From NCBI GenBank assembly GCA_964016885.1, contig OZ024742.1:327732001-327796000 (forward strand): a DNA stretch of 64,000 nucleotides. Reading direction: 5' to 3'. The position numbers were made by a program, and so were the translations under genes. The notes under the pieces are model-generated. The model saw only the letters and a program-made list of their open reading frames with translations, was not told the DNA's origin and did not search any database. This document shows, one piece after another, positions 1 through 13,837 of the stretch; positions within the stretch are counted from its first letter, which is position 1, and each line of letters begins with the position of its first letter. Source of the stretch: Eledone cirrhosa (lineage: Eukaryota).

Positions 1-205
1 TGCACGCCTATATCACCTCTCTGCACGACTGTCTGTCTGCACGCCTATATCACCTCTCTGCACGACTGTCTGTCTGCACGCGTATATCACCTCTCTGCAC
101 GACTGTCTGTCTGCACGCGTATATCACCTCTCTGCACGACTGTCTGTCTGCACGACTGTCTGTCTGCACGACTGTCTGTCTGCACGACTGTCTGTCTGCA
201 CGCCT
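1..205 (+). repeat. Minisatellite: 37-bp unit (TGCACGCCTATATCACCTCTC + TGCACGACTGTCTGTC) followed by 16-bp subunits
   Basis: Units start at 1, 38, 75 and 112, then tandem TGCACGACTGTCTGTC. Confidence 0.9.
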
Positions 206-730
206 AACGAAATTTACAGATACATATATTTTAAATAAACTTATATAATTTTTGCTTTTTTTTACGAAATATTTGCTTGTTTTACGTAGTCTTTAAATAG
301 ACTTGTTTTCAAGTAAAAATATTGTTTTAAAAGGCTTTTAAATGGAAATGAAGCAAAACGGAAGCTTAGTGTTCGAACTGATGAATTTTGCAGGTCAAAA
401 TTTTGCTGGCTCGACAACTGTTCGTGTATTGTGTTAATGTCATTTTAAACGCTGAGAAAGCCAGCGTAATTTTTTTAATTTTTGCACGCAGACGCTCAAT
501 GTAAACAGAACAAAGGGAAATAACTGATCACTTACGCTCAAAAATCGATACATTATATTCGATTTCGTCAGATAGGGCGGGTCAATTTGAAATATTTTTT
601 TTCCGATGTCTTCGCTAGGGCTCAATGTACAAGTATAGCAATTTCGGTGCAATTCCGTGAGAGATTCTAAGAGGAGATGTGTGCCAAAAATCGATAGACA
701 GACAGACAACCTCAGTTTTATATATATAGA
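1..730 (-). mobile_element. Non-autonomous Helitron-like element, 5' portion (continues beyond window start)
   Basis: Minus strand begins A|TCTATATATATAAAACTGAGGTTGTCTGTCTGTC at 730. This is the same 5' terminal pattern (TC, TA-rich run, GTCT repeat) as the Helitron ends at 3531, 4488 and 47719. It contains an internal minisatellite. Confidence 0.65.
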
Positions 731-1440
731 TAAACATATCAGATATGCTTTCAATATATTATGAACCAAGCTATGTTAGTACTACTGCTAAGTAATTGTC
801 GCTGGCGAAGTTCACACCGTATGCAAATTAGTATCACGAGCCGACGTCTCATACGGTTATTCGAGTCTCAGTATCGAATGAGAAAATGTCACCGATGACG
901 GATAAAACTCAGAAACAGCTGGCTGCCTTACCACCGGCTACTGTGATAAATATGACATGATCACAACTTAAAATATTCATATCGAGACACTTGTATGATT
1001 ATTAAACATAAACATGTCATATATGTTTTCATATACACCCTTATAATATATATATGTATATAAGCATGTCTGAATGTGTGTGTGTGTGTGTGTGGGCAAA
1101 TTTGAACGATTTAGTTGAAGTGATTAATTTAGCTCTTTGCAGTCTAAAATGGTCAGAAAACTTCGATGTGCGATAAACACGCACATAAATTGTAGCACAT
1201 ATCGAAATAGATGTGTGTTTTGGTAGATTGGGAAGAATATATAATTGCTCCCCCCTCCCCCCGGTTCCACCGCCACTGTATATATATATAATTAAAAAGA
1301 AAATTATGCTCTGTGTTCTTTCCTAAGGGCTTAATATATCGAGTTTCTTCGCATTTAGTTGAAACTGGTATTATACCCAAGTTATTTATCTCCTATATAT
1401 ATAGATATGTGTATCCCGGGTGCAGTCGGGAATAACCACA

Positions 1441-1503
<63 letters not shown>

Positions 1504-1504
1504 T

Positions 1505-1549
<45 letters not shown>

Positions 1550-1742
1550 CTTTTATTATGGCTATTGGTGAGGTGTGTTACTAAAAAATTTCACCTGCGC
1601 ACTCATAGGATCCCCAGTCTTATTGATGATTCTGTGGGTACGTAGATGAGACTCTAGAGTAACAAGGCCTAGCCATGATAAATTAATATTTAAAATCTAC
1701 TTCGGTATTGAGTTTTCATTCTTACGTCCTTTAATAATTGAC

Positions 1743-2258
1743 GTACTCTCAGCACTTGAATAATCGTCCCCACCCCCGTTTATTAATTTTTTATTTCCCT
1801 CGCACCTCCCAGCTGCTTCTCAAACTTTGCTAATCTATCACCGGCGAAATTTTACTGTAAATGATTCATATTGATACTGCAACTGGAGAATCTAATAATT
1901 TTATTTTACATTAAAAAAACAACAACATTATAATTAACAAAAGGGCAGTGGATTGGCTGTATCAATAGAGGGTCGGACGCCATGCTTTGACGCATAGAGT
2001 TACGGCCCTTTCCATTCTGAGTTCAAATCCCGCCGAGGTTAACTTTGCCTTTCATCCTTACGGGGTCAATAAGATAAAGTAACAGTAATGTACTGGGATA
2101 ATTGCTGGCCTTGTGCCAAAAGTAGAAACAATTATAATTAACAAAAGATGAATATTACAAGAAATCCCATTTTTTTGAACGTGCACTATACAATTACTGA
2201 TTTCCTAAGCTCTCTCCCATTATTGCCTCCTCTCCTATTAATTGGGACCCGAGAGTAC
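1743..2258. mobile_element. Putative MITE with short TIRs, interrupted by a SINE
   Basis: GTACTCTC at 1743 and GAGAGTAC ending at 2258; weak subterminal similarity only. Confidence 0.35.
1943..2131 (+). mobile_element. tRNA-derived SINE family 1, full length with TSD
   Basis: B-box-like GAGTTCAAATCC. Body is shared with copies at 13211, 18493 and 29122. 17-bp TSD ATTATAATTAACAAAAG at 1927-1943 and 2131-2147. Confidence 0.85.
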
Positions 2259-2734
2259 CCCTAAATTCTCCTCCTATCTATGTCTATCCATAAAAACACT
2301 CTTTTCATCTCCCTCTGTGTATCTACTTAAACAAATTCTATCTCTCTCTATATCTACCACGACACCGCCTATCTTATCCCACTGATTGGGCGTGCGTGTG
2401 TGTGTACCATTCATTACATACCCATGGTAACATTATGGAGGGATTTGTCTGCATTAATTCAATTTCATATCCACCAGCACGCTCTTTTGAGTGAGTTCCT
2501 AAATTCCTTCATGAAATTGATGGCATGCACCGTGGAAACTAATCCAACCAATCACGTGGCTGGAGTTTAGTTTTTTATTACTGTGAGTATTTTTATTTTT
2601 ACTGTTTAGCCAGAGACGGAAAGACACTGCCCATGACTCTTTATAATGTCTATATTGAGTGTTATTTTTGTCGCCTGTTGTCACTAAAATCTTTGTGTAT
2701 TTTTGTTATAATGATAGATCCTCAGTCAGATTCA

Positions 2735-3025
2735 ACGATGAACATTCAGTTGTTTGATCAACTGAACTACCTACACTTAAAATTAATGTGAACGTAATTG
2801 AGTATTCAATGAAATTTCCGAGGAGAAACAGCCTTAGAATAACTGGTATGAGCCATGTAATTCATTTTTGACATAGTTGATCACAATTTACTGTCAGTCA
2901 CAGAGCTTAAGTTTATTTGAAGTTAATGTAAAAGAAACTTGAACCAGAAACATGAGCGCGCAGAGATATCGAAAGTGAGACCTCATGATTGTAAAGCCAA
3001 TATCTGAATCTCTGAGCCACACTTT
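2735..3025 (-). mobile_element. Degenerate SINE family 2 copy
   Basis: Reverse complement resembles the tRNA-like head and tail segments at 23243, 28873 and 29340. Confidence 0.4.
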
Positions 3026-3051
3026 CCTCCATTATTGTGAATGTCTATAAA

Positions 3052-3262
3052 GTCGGTGTGTTAGCAGAATGGTGAATCTATTGGAGAATATATACTGCGT
3101 TATTTATTCCGTTTCTTTACGTTCTGATTTCAAATTCAGCCGAAGTAAACTTTGTCTTTCATCCTCCAATAGTCGATTAAATAAAGAACCGGTGAAATAA
3201 TATGGGTCGATATAATCGGCTTTTCCCACTCAGAAAACTACTGGTCTCGTGTTTAAATTTGA
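3052..3262 (+). mobile_element. Degenerate SINE family 1 copy
   Basis: TTCAAATTCAGCCGAAGTAAACTTTGTCTTTCATCC matches the family 1 core. Confidence 0.6.
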
Positions 3263-3530
3263 ACATGTTAATATGAATTTATACATAAAGAAATTCAACA
3301 CGAAGAAAACTTTACTAAAAGAACAATGCATTAGAAAAATGGTTTATTAGTATGACGCTTATATGGAGTTGGAAAAGAGTCCTTTCGTTGCCTTAATTAG
3401 TCCTTCACCGGGAAATAAATACAGAGTGAAAAGGGGGGATAATTCAGAAGGGGAGGAAAAAAGAGAGACGAGATTTTAAAAGAAATATCCGAAAACAGGA
3501 AAAGGAAGAGAGAGAAAATAACTCTAGTTA

Positions 3531-4487
3531 TCTACTTATATATATAACCAGCAATTTCTCTGTCTGTCTGTCCGACAGTGGAAACACGTGCGTAGAGAGA
3601 GAGTGAGAGTGAAGGAAAGAGACAGACTACGAGAGGGGGATAGCGGGAGGGAGAGAGGGAGAGAGAGAGAGAGTGAATAGACGCTAAAACACGTGCTACA
3701 GAAATATTACCTTCCCCTTCCTTTATAGAAACATTACCTTCCCCTCTCCACTGACTTTGGTCACTGATGCCGAGGGAATCGCTGGTTGCTATAGAGACAC
3801 CTTGCACAAGCCAGAAGTAACCAGTTCGAGGCGGTTCTGACGTGACACCATGCGAAGAAGGTTGCCATTGAATTTGTGGTTTGAAGAAGGTTGCCATTGA
3901 ATTTGTGGTTGTTGCTGCTGATAATAAGGACCATTTGAAGAAGGTTGCTGCTGATGAGGTAATTTATTAATCAGATTGCGCAGTTCCATAACCTACGTTT
4001 GATTTGTTCAATTTTTTTCTTCAATTTTTTTTATTTTTTTTTTTTTATTTCTTATTGAAAAGATATAAATAATAAAATAAGGTTAGAAATTTAAATACAA
4101 TTAAATACGATTTAATTTCCATTTCCAGCAGCCAATATCCAGTGTTCAATTTCATGAAAAAATTGGAAATAATTCAAATGAAGTTTAACTTTTGAACATT
4201 TGTTTTGACAATAAAAAAATATTTCCTTATTCACACCTAATGGTATGATTAAAATTTCATAGGAATATTTTTTTCTAACCGCCAGTTATTTATTTTCTCC
4301 TTTTTCGTTTTAACATATATTTATTTCAAAGATTTCACCGTTTAGATAACATATACATGCATCAAAGACACACCGAGAGACGGTGAACATGTGGTGCCGA
4401 AAACATTTCTAATCCAAATCTCAACAATATCAGTATATACACTAGATTTGCTAGCAGAAAACCGCCCACCGGGTGGTTTTCTGCTAG
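3531..4487 (+). mobile_element. Non-autonomous Helitron (first unit of a composite)
   Basis: 5' end A|TCTACTTATATATATAACC...CTGTCTGTCTGTC. 3' hairpin CTAGCAGAAAACC-GCCCACCGGGT-GGTTTTCTGCTAG (4451-4487) ends in CTAG. Confidence 0.7.
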
Positions 4488-4652
4488 TCTCTATATATAT
4501 AAAACGGTAGATGTCTGTCTGTGTGTGTGTATGATTTTGATGATTTTTTTCCAATGTGCTCCAAATTTACCAGGGCAGGTCAACGCGTAATTATTTTTGC
4601 CAAAAATGTCCTGCTTCTATGAAAAAAAATCGATAAAATTAAATACATGCTG

Positions 4653-4957
4653 TAACCCTCTCTCTTACACGCTTCATTCCTCTCACTACTCTCAATCTCC
4701 TCCGCAACTCTCTTTAAAAGGTTACTGCATCCGTCTCTGAAGGAACGCGACACAAACTTTGATAACCCTCTCTCTTACACGCTTCATTCCTCTCACTACC
4801 CTCAATCTCCTCCGCAACTCTCTTTAAAAGGTTACTGCTTCCGTCTCTGAAGGAACGCGACACAAACTTTGATAACCCCCTCTCTTACACGCTTCATTCC
4901 TCTCACTACGCTCAATCTCCTCTGCAACTCTCTTTAAAAAGTTACTGCATCCGTCTC
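4653..4957 (+). repeat. 110-bp tandem repeat (~2.8 copies) inside Helitron
   Basis: Units start TAACCC at 4653, 4763 and 4873. Confidence 0.9.
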
Positions 4958-5389
4958 CATTACAGTTTAGGTACACACTTACATTTTACATCAAATAACA
5001 AATATTCAAACGCAACAGATGAATTTATAAAACAACAAACGTAACAATAACGACCTCGCTATAATTTAACTGCTTTACTCTCTCTGTCGCTCTTCACTCC
5101 CTATATGGCAACACTACAGAGAGAGAAACAATGTATATGATCAAATAGAGCGTTCCGTATATTCCCCCTCTCTGTCGCTCTTCACTCCCTATATGACAAC
5201 ACTGCAGTGGAGCGTTCCGTATTGATATACGGCTTATCTGGGGCATTTTCAATCGGCTTATTGTAAATAACAACCCGCAAAATAACACTTCATATAACAA
5301 ATTAATGCTATAGACATATAAATCGGAATGTAACCCGTGAACTTTTTCCTGGGCAAAATTATTCGAACAGACATGACCTCATTGCCAGA

Positions 5390-7760
5390 GTGTTCAGACT
5401 GAAACTGGCTAAACTCATGGCTTTAATAAAAAAAGGTATTTGGGGCTGTAAAATATAACATGTTCACCGTCGAATGGCAAAAACGAGGGCTGCCACATGC
5501 TCACATTTTGATTTGGTTAGCTGATAAAATCAATTCAAATGCCATAGACAGCTTCATTTCGGTTGAAATCCCTAACCCAGCAACTGACCAGGAATTACAT
5601 GACATCGTCAAAGCTAACACGGTCCGTGTACGTCGGGTCCTAATGAGCATCACACGTGTCTGAAAGGGGGGTCGTGCAGTAAGGGATACCCCCAAAATTT
5701 GTTGACAAGACTCAGACTGGTGGCGATGGGTACCCCCTGTACAGGCGCAGAAGGCCCAAGAACGGTGGCTTCACCACAACAGTAAAGGGAGGTCAAATCG
5801 ACAATAGATGGGTGGTCCCTTACTGCCCGCTTTTCTTGAAGATGTTCAACGCCCACGTCAACGTTGAGTTTTGCAACTACGTCAAGTCTATAAAATACAT
5901 ATGCAAATATGTAAATAAGGGCTCTGGTGAGGTCACAGAATACCTGGCGGGGCGGTACATCAGTAGCAATGAAGCTTTTTGGCGCCTATTTGGTTTCCCC
6001 CTACACCAACGGCACCCCGCCATCGTACAGCTTGCGGTAGATTTGGAAAATGGGCAAAGGGTTTACTTTACGGACCAAACCGCCGCCAAGCTAGCCGCCG
6101 ATCCGAAAGAGACCACTCTGATAGGTTTCTTCAAACATTGCCAGTCAGATACATTTGCGCAATGAATTGTGTACTCCGAGGTTACATCCTACTTTATATG
6201 GTCGAAAAACACTTGGGTGCGAAGAAAGTCAGGTCAGGCTGTTGAAAGACATCCTGATGTAAAATTTGACAGCTGTCTTGGAAGGGTTTACACCGTGCCC
6301 CCAAGTCAGTATTAGTGCTTTCATCTCCTCCTTCTTCTGCATGAAGTTGTAGGCCCACAAAGTTTTCGGACCTCAAAACTGTTGATGGAGAAATATGTGA
6401 TACGTACCGGGAAGCTTGCTTTAAGCGTGGTCTTTTGGAAGATGATTCGCAATGGGATTCTACTTTAGCAGAGGGTGCTTTGTTGAAATCACCTAAAGGT
6501 CTACGGGAACTCTTTGCCATTTTGCTTCAAAAGTGTGAATTGGGTGATCCTAAATCTTTATGGGTCAAGTACAGAGACTTCATGTCTGAGGATTTCCTGC
6601 GCCTGGCTCATCTGCAGTATCCTTCACTGGAAGTTGCTTACAGCGGCATTATCTACAACAGGGCACTCATTGATATCGAGGACGCCCTCCTCTACATGGG
6701 TGGGAGTGAGTTGGCGACGTATGCCTTGCCGTCAACCGTCACAGATGAAGCTAACACGCTGGCCCCGGATTTGTTGCTGGAAACAGCATATGACATCGAA
6801 TCTCTTTCCCAATACTTAGAGGAAAATGAGCCCAAACGTCTGTCGGACCAAAGGTTGGCCTATTTAACTATCATTGACGCGGTTCAAAATCAGACTGGGG
6901 GTATTTACTTTCTCGATGCTCCTGGGGGTACCGGAAAAACTTTTGTAACAAAATTGATTCCCGCTAAGATTCGTCAGGAGAAAAAAATTGCGTTCGCCGT
7001 TGCATCGTCTGGGATCGCTGCTACTTTGCTGCCGAGGGCAGGACAGCACATTCAACCTTTAAACTCCCCTTGGATTTAGTAAAAACTGAGACACCAACAT
7101 GCAACATTGTGAGCAACTCTTCTGACCTTTGGGAGGCAGTTTTTCCTAATGTCTCATTTAATTTTTAAAACTTCGATTGGCTCAGCGAAAGAGCCATCCT
7201 TGCTCCGAAAAATGCCATGGTTAATTTTATTAACGAGCAGCTGATTGACAAAATTCCCGGTAAAAGCACATCTTCAAATCTATCGATCGGACGTCAGACC
7301 CCGACGATATCGTTAATTATCCGGTTGAGTTATTAAATCCCCTTGAACCTCCATGGCTCCCACCTCACATTCTTAAGCTTAGGGTTGGCTGTCTCATTAT
7401 GCTAATAAGGAACTTGCGCCCACCAAAGCAGTGCAACGGTACTCGCATGGTCGTCAAGTCAATGATGTAGGGGTGCGGGAGAGGGAAGAATGTTTTCATT
7501 CCAACGATGAACCTTTTCCCCTCGGCGTCAGATATCCCGTTCGATTTCCGGCGATCCGAATTCCCGATGAGACCATGTTTTGCCATGTTCATTAACAAGT
7601 CACAAGGGCAAACACTGTTGGTAGCGGGCATCCATTTGGGGGAGCCATACTTCTCCCATGGTCAACTTTATATTGCCTGTTCCCACGTAGGGAGCAGGAA
7701 TGGACTTTTTGCTTAATTTCCTCAAAGGATGACACGCAATATCGTCTACAAAGATGTGCT
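5390..7760 (+). pseudogene. Helitron RepHel (HUH endonuclease + PIF1-like helicase), frameshifted and internally deleted
   Basis: HUH motif VEWQKRGLPHAHIL (ORF 5460), catalytic Tyr motif KYICKYVNKG (ORF 5812), Walker A FLDAPGGTGKTF (ORF 6435), INKSQGQT and HGQLYIAC (ORF 7507). Several stops and frameshifts; central helicase motifs are missing near 7125. Confidence 0.93.
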
Positions 7761-8491
7761 ATAGATGTTGGTGCGGCTATGCCGTCTGGAAAACTATTTC
7801 CTGGTAGGGTCACTCATGGCGGACAGATGTGACACCCAGCGGCATCAGGGCCACCATCTTGCAACTTTGGTCTGCTAAATTCGCTATTAGAAGGTTATTA
7901 ACCCATCATTGATTGTCCAAAATGCTAATTGGTTCGTAACTTTTAATAACCGGTTTAACTGCTTTATGCACTTAATTGATAAGCTTATTTGCTTTCAAGC
8001 CACGTTTACCTGTATGTAACTTTTCATAGCAAATGAATAAACCCAACGAACGCCGGGCTAAACTACTAGTTTATAATAAGTGATTTCTGGAATATTTATA
8101 TGAATATGTATGTTTATAGTCAAACATGATAACATATTAACATTCAAGTAAAGCCTACAGATTTGATCTCCAAATTTGGAAGCTATCCGCAAACCAACTT
8201 ATTATTGCAACACAGTAACATGGCAGCTCTCAATAATTACATCCATCTTAATAAAACCTATGATGTTCTCTAAAAACTGGAATCACCTGCATTTCTGTCT
8301 TATTCGCTTTATACATATGTACATTAAAATATACATGCCAATGTTTGGATGCACGAGCATGTATGTGTGCGTGTGTTTATATATATATGTACATACATAT
8401 ATGCATACATACATACGTACATACTTACATACATATATACGTACGTATATACGTACGTACGTACACACACACACACACATACACCCCCCCC

Positions 8492-8530
<39 letters not shown>

Positions 8531-8893
8531 CGCACATGCATACACATACATGAACGTCTTTCTTTGCGCATTTATGATTCAAATTACGTCCTCAAACACT
8601 GATAACACTCACACACACATATATACATTTATACATACATGTGTGTTTGTGTGCGTATATATATATGTACGTATGTATATGTATATATATATATTTAGCA
8701 TCATCAGTGGATATGTAGCGTTGTTGTTGCTTACTGTTATATATTGCTTAGCAAATGAATACCAGCGTCAAGACACAGAATAACATATTTCTAAGAGATT
8801 AGGGAGGTGCAGATAGATAAATAGATAATATGATATACATATATATATACACACACACGCACGTATGTATATATATATATATATATATTTAAT

Positions 8894-9054
8894 ATTTAAT
8901 ATTCTACCTTACTATTTCATTCTAATACTATTATAAATTTTAAAGGATTGTAAATAAAACGAGTAAATCAGACAAAGTTGGAATTCCTTTTATTAATATA
9001 ATCTTCTATACACAATCATACACACCCTTGTATATTTATCTATTTATCTATCTA

Positions 9055-9128
<74 letters not shown>

Positions 9129-9289
9129 TAGATAGATAAATAGATAAATATACAAGGGTGTGTATGATTGTGTATAGAAGATTATATTAATAAAAGGAAT
9201 TCCAACTTTGTCTGATTTACTCGTTTTATTTACAATCCTTTAAAATTTATAATAGTATTAGAATGAAATAGTAAGGTAGAATATTAAAT
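8894..9289. repeat. Perfect ~396-bp palindrome centred on (TA)n
   Basis: The arm at 8894-9059 is the exact reverse complement of ~9124-9289 (for example CCC 9025-9027 pairs with GGG 9156-9158). Confidence 0.9.
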
Positions 9290-9387
9290 GTTAGGTGTTA
9301 ATTGAACAAATACTTTCATGCTTTCGCAATCTTCTGGTTCATAATGTGTGGTGACAGTCAAGTTTGCAATTTTAATCTGTTATTTTA

Positions 9388-9450
<63 letters not shown>

Positions 9451-9611
9451 GTATGTGGGTGTGCGTATGTAATCTTACACTTGTGTGTGTGCATATGTGC
9501 TTATTTCCAAACAAACACAAAGGCATGGAAAGATACCAATAAGTTAAAAAAAACGTAAGGACAGAGAGAGAGAGAGAGAGAGAGAATATACAAAATGTCT
9601 TCAAAGCGCCA

Positions 9612-9682
9612 AGGGCGATAAAATAAAGTACCAGTAATACACTGAGATAATTGCTGACCTTGTCCAAAAGTAGAAACAATTA
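9612..9682 (+). mobile_element. SINE family 1, 3' fragment
   Basis: GATAAAATAAAGTACCAGTAAT...CCTTGTCCAAAAGTAGAAACAATTA. Confidence 0.65.
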
Positions 9683-9760
9683 TATTCACACCTAATATAT
9701 ATATATATATTATATATTATATATATATTATATATTATATATTATATATATTATATATAT

Positions 9761-9792
<32 letters not shown>

Positions 9793-10682
9793 ATATAGGA
9801 ACCAGTAAGACCCCGACAGCTGAGCTCAAGCCGTTTCGACGTAATGATTGAATTACTGTGATCAAGGAATGAAGTGCCAAAGTTGAAATTATTTTATTTA
9901 GAAAAACCGAGCGCATACCTAGGAGAAGAGGGCGAACGTTGTGTGGCTGGCCAAAGACAAAAATACTTTGTTGCCGGCTCTACATCCTCACATTAAACAA
10001 TAGGTAAATGATTAAAATTTAAATATGTGGCTCTGCTAAGTCAGTCCTATATCTGTGATTGAACAGCCTCTCATGATCTCAATGACAGCTAAAATAACAC
10101 CCAGACAGTCCGACATTGTGGTTCAGAACTTATCATAACAGAAAGAAAAATAAATATTGCGATTGAAAATTAAGCATTAATTCATTAAAATTTTTAAGAA
10201 GACAAGTTTGCATTATATTCCTTCACCTCCTCCTCCCTTTTCTCTCCGACCTCTTTCCTTCCCCTCCTGCACTTCACACTCTGCTCCCTCTCCCCCTCTC
10301 CACTTACTCCTTAGAATGATGTAGTGAGAGAGGTAGGTGTTTGAAGAAAAGCAGAGTAATTGATATAAATAGATAGAAATATATATAGAGAGAAACAGGG
10401 GGAGGTGGCAAATGGGAAGACAGAAAGAGTGAGGCAACAACAATATAATAAAATACAATAAAATATGTAAAAACATTATATAAATAATGAAATGATATAT
10501 GAGGCTTCCATTGTCTAATTTTATATTTTATTCTTTCTTAATTTTAAATTTACAATTTTTCAAATTGATCTCAAATTTAGCTGAAAATTTCCAAGAATAC
10601 GTATGTATGCGTACACGAACACATATATGTATATATATATGTATGTATATATACATATATGTATGTATGGTATGTATATATG

Positions 10683-10779
<97 letters not shown>

Positions 10780-10905
10780 AAATATATATATAATTATATA
10801 TATAAATATATGCCTATATATATCTATATATATATATATATATCTATATATATATATATATATCTATATATATATAAGCATATGTATATATAGGCATATG
10901 TATAA

Positions 10906-10936
<31 letters not shown>

Positions 10937-10965
10937 GGCATATGTATATATAGGCATATGTATAA

Positions 10966-11000
<35 letters not shown>

Positions 11001-11006
11001 GGCATA

Positions 11007-11084
<78 letters not shown>

Positions 11085-11339
11085 TATATTTATATATATG
11101 TATGTGTGTGTGTATCTGTAGGTATGTGTGTATACATTTACAATGTTTTCCTATGATTTTGTTTTTGTTTAATTTTTTTGTGGAAGTTTAATTTGTAAAA
11201 GTGATCTGAAATTGGGCCCAAATCGACGAAGGTTCAATTAGATCGAACAAATAAATATAATCCATTATTGAATTAAAAGATATTAAAGAAAGACTTGTGA
11301 AGTAGTTGCTCTTCCTTCCCTTCTCCGCCATCCTAACTG

Positions 11340-11576
11340 TCATCTTCATTATCCTCATCATCAGCATGATCATCATGATCATGATCATCATTATCATCAT
11401 CATCATCATCAGCATAATCATGTTGATCATCATCATCATCATCATCATCATCCTCTTCATCGTCAACTTCACCATCATCATCAGCATATATTTGAAGAAC
11501 TTCTAATGTTTTCATCCTTTAGGGTTGGACGCCATGCTTTCCAGCATAGAGTTACGGCCCTTTCCATTCTTTCCAT

Positions 11577-11610
<34 letters not shown>

Positions 11611-12681
11611 TGTGGCCATTAAAGGAGCCATTATTAATAATAGCATAACCATCATCATCATTATCTTCATCAACAATATCACTACCATCATCATCATGCT
11701 AATCCTCCTACTACTCTTCTCTTTTCTCCTCCTCCCTCCCCCCTGCCACCTCCTCCTATGCCCTCTCCTCCGCATCATCATCACCATCAACATCATCATC
11801 ATCATCACCATCGTCATCACCATCATGACCACCATCAACATCACCACCATCACCATCAACATCATCACCACCATCATCAGACCATCATCATCATCACCAT
11901 CATTATCATCATCACCATCATCATCATCACCATCAACATCATCACCACCATCATCACACCATCATCACCATCATCACCATCATCATCATCACCATCAACA
12001 CCATCATCACCATCATCACCACCATCACCATCATCACCATCACCACCATCATCATCATCATCATCACCATCACCACCATCATCATCATCACCATCACCAT
12101 CATCACCATCATCATCATCACCATCATCACCATCATCATCATCACCATCATTATCATCATCACCACCATCATCACCATCATCATCACCACCATCATCACC
12201 ATCATCATCATCACCATCATCACCATCACCACCATCATCATCATCACCATCACCACCATCACCACCATCATCATCATCACCATCACCACCATCATCATCA
12301 TCATCATCACCATCATCACCATCATCATCATCACCATCATCATCATCACCACCATCATCACCATCATCATCACCACCATCATCACCATCATCATCATCAC
12401 CATCATCACCATCACCACCATCATCATCATCACCATCACCACCATCATCATCATCATCATCATCATCATCACCATCATCACCATCATCATCACCATCGTC
12501 ATCATCATCACCACCATCATCACCATCATCATCACCACCATCATCACCATCATCATCATCACCATCATCACCATCACCACCATCATCATCATCACCATCA
12601 CCACCATCACCACCTTCATCATCATCACCATCACCACCACCATCATTATCATCATCATCACCATCATCATCACCATCACCA
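11340..12681 (+). repeat. Long (CAT/CAC)n trinucleotide array with GTC tract
   Basis: Direct reading. It produces the spurious poly-His, poly-Ser/Pro and poly-Asp/Gly ORFs. Confidence 0.95.
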
Positions 12682-12788
12682 TAATCGATATTTTCATTAC
12701 CTAAAGTCATATTGTAAAGGTGAAAAATAGAAAAATATATTAGAAATATATTTGAAGGTTTTATATAAAGAAAACATAATCGCTCTAT

Positions 12789-12863
<75 letters not shown>

Positions 12864-13128
12864 ACACACACACACTCACCCTCACACAATCACTCACAGA
12901 CACACTCACACACAACCATGTACATAGCTACACACGTATACACGCATACACTCACAGGAACACACATATATGTGTGTGCGTATGTGTTAGAGACCTTGTA
13001 TATGTGTATATAATGGTGCTTATGAGTGTATATTTAGGTATATATATATAATAGATACATAATGATATATCTATCCACTTATAAATAAATACACACATAC
13101 AAACACACACACACACACACAGACACAC

Positions 13129-13179
<51 letters not shown>

Positions 13180-13631
13180 CGGTGGCGGACTGAGTCTAAA
13201 AATATTGGTTTCTTATATAGGTACAAGGCCAGTGATTTGGGGGGAGGGGAGTCGATTAAATCGACCCAGTGCGTGACTGGTACATTATTTTATCGACCCC
13301 GTGAGGATGAAAGGCAAAGTTAACCTCGGCGGGATTTGAACTCACCTCATAAAAGGCCGTAACTCTTTGCTGAAAAGCATGGCGTCCGACTCTCTACCGA
13401 TACTGCCAATCCACCGCCCTCAGCTGGGTCTAAAAATATTGGTTGCTAGATGAAGGGGGCCCACCTTCATATAGAATGCTATCATTTAATTTTTGTAATG
13501 AATAAGTAACATTTTCGAAAAATACATAAGTGGAAACAAAACAGTGCAATCAAATTTTTGCGGAGAAATATCTTACCTTCTCCAATAAAAATTATATATT
13601 TTGCGAAATCCAGAGACTTTCAATAATGACC
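13180..13631 (+). mobile_element. DNA transposon (hAT-like) left-end fragment, SINE-interrupted
   Basis: Starts CGGTGGCGGAC and is homologous over ~220 bp to 16430-16650, which starts CAGTGGCGGAC, a hAT-like terminus. Confidence 0.5.
13211..13423 (-). mobile_element. SINE family 1, full length with TSD
   Basis: Reverse complement of family 1. 21-bp TSD CTG(A/G)GTCTAAAAATATTGGTT at 13190-13210 and 13424-13444. Confidence 0.85.
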
Positions 13632-13837
13632 AGAAATCGACCCTAAATATTACTAATAGCTCTACTATACATATATTATTTGTTTGCTAAAATAATCAAA
13701 TTAAATTAATTCAACAGTTAAACATACATACGAATAATAAGGTTGTTACCAAAAGGCTAGAAGATTGAAAAGTCGATCTTAAATATTACTAATAGCTATA
13801 AGAAAGCCATGACGACCCCACATCTTTTAAACTTTGG

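Larger units (their letters stand above)
4488..8069 (+). mobile_element. Helitron with decayed Rep/helicase
   Basis: 5' TCTCTATATATATAAAACGG...GTCTGTCTG. 3' GC-rich subterminal CCCAACGAACGCCGGG, then CTAG|T at 8069. Internal RepHel remnants. Confidence 0.9.

Noticed and set aside
1243-1278. hAT-like right terminus (…CCACCGCCACTG)
   Set aside because: No matching left end or TSD found nearby, so too little to call an element.
1-4957. Regular repeats (37-bp and 110-bp) as CRISPR-like arrays
   Set aside because: They are head-to-tail units with no unique spacers, in eukaryotic Helitron context with no cas genes.
9825-9870. Hammerhead-like minus-strand motif (…GTAAT…ATTACGTC-GAAAC)
   Set aside because: The CTGAnGA core is absent and no stem I or III can be built.
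11525-12875. Long poly-His, poly-Ser/Pro and poly-Asp/Gly ORFs (up to 401 aa)
   Set aside because: They are translations of a (CAT/CAC)n array that is open in several frames on both strands, and the start lies in a SINE fragment.
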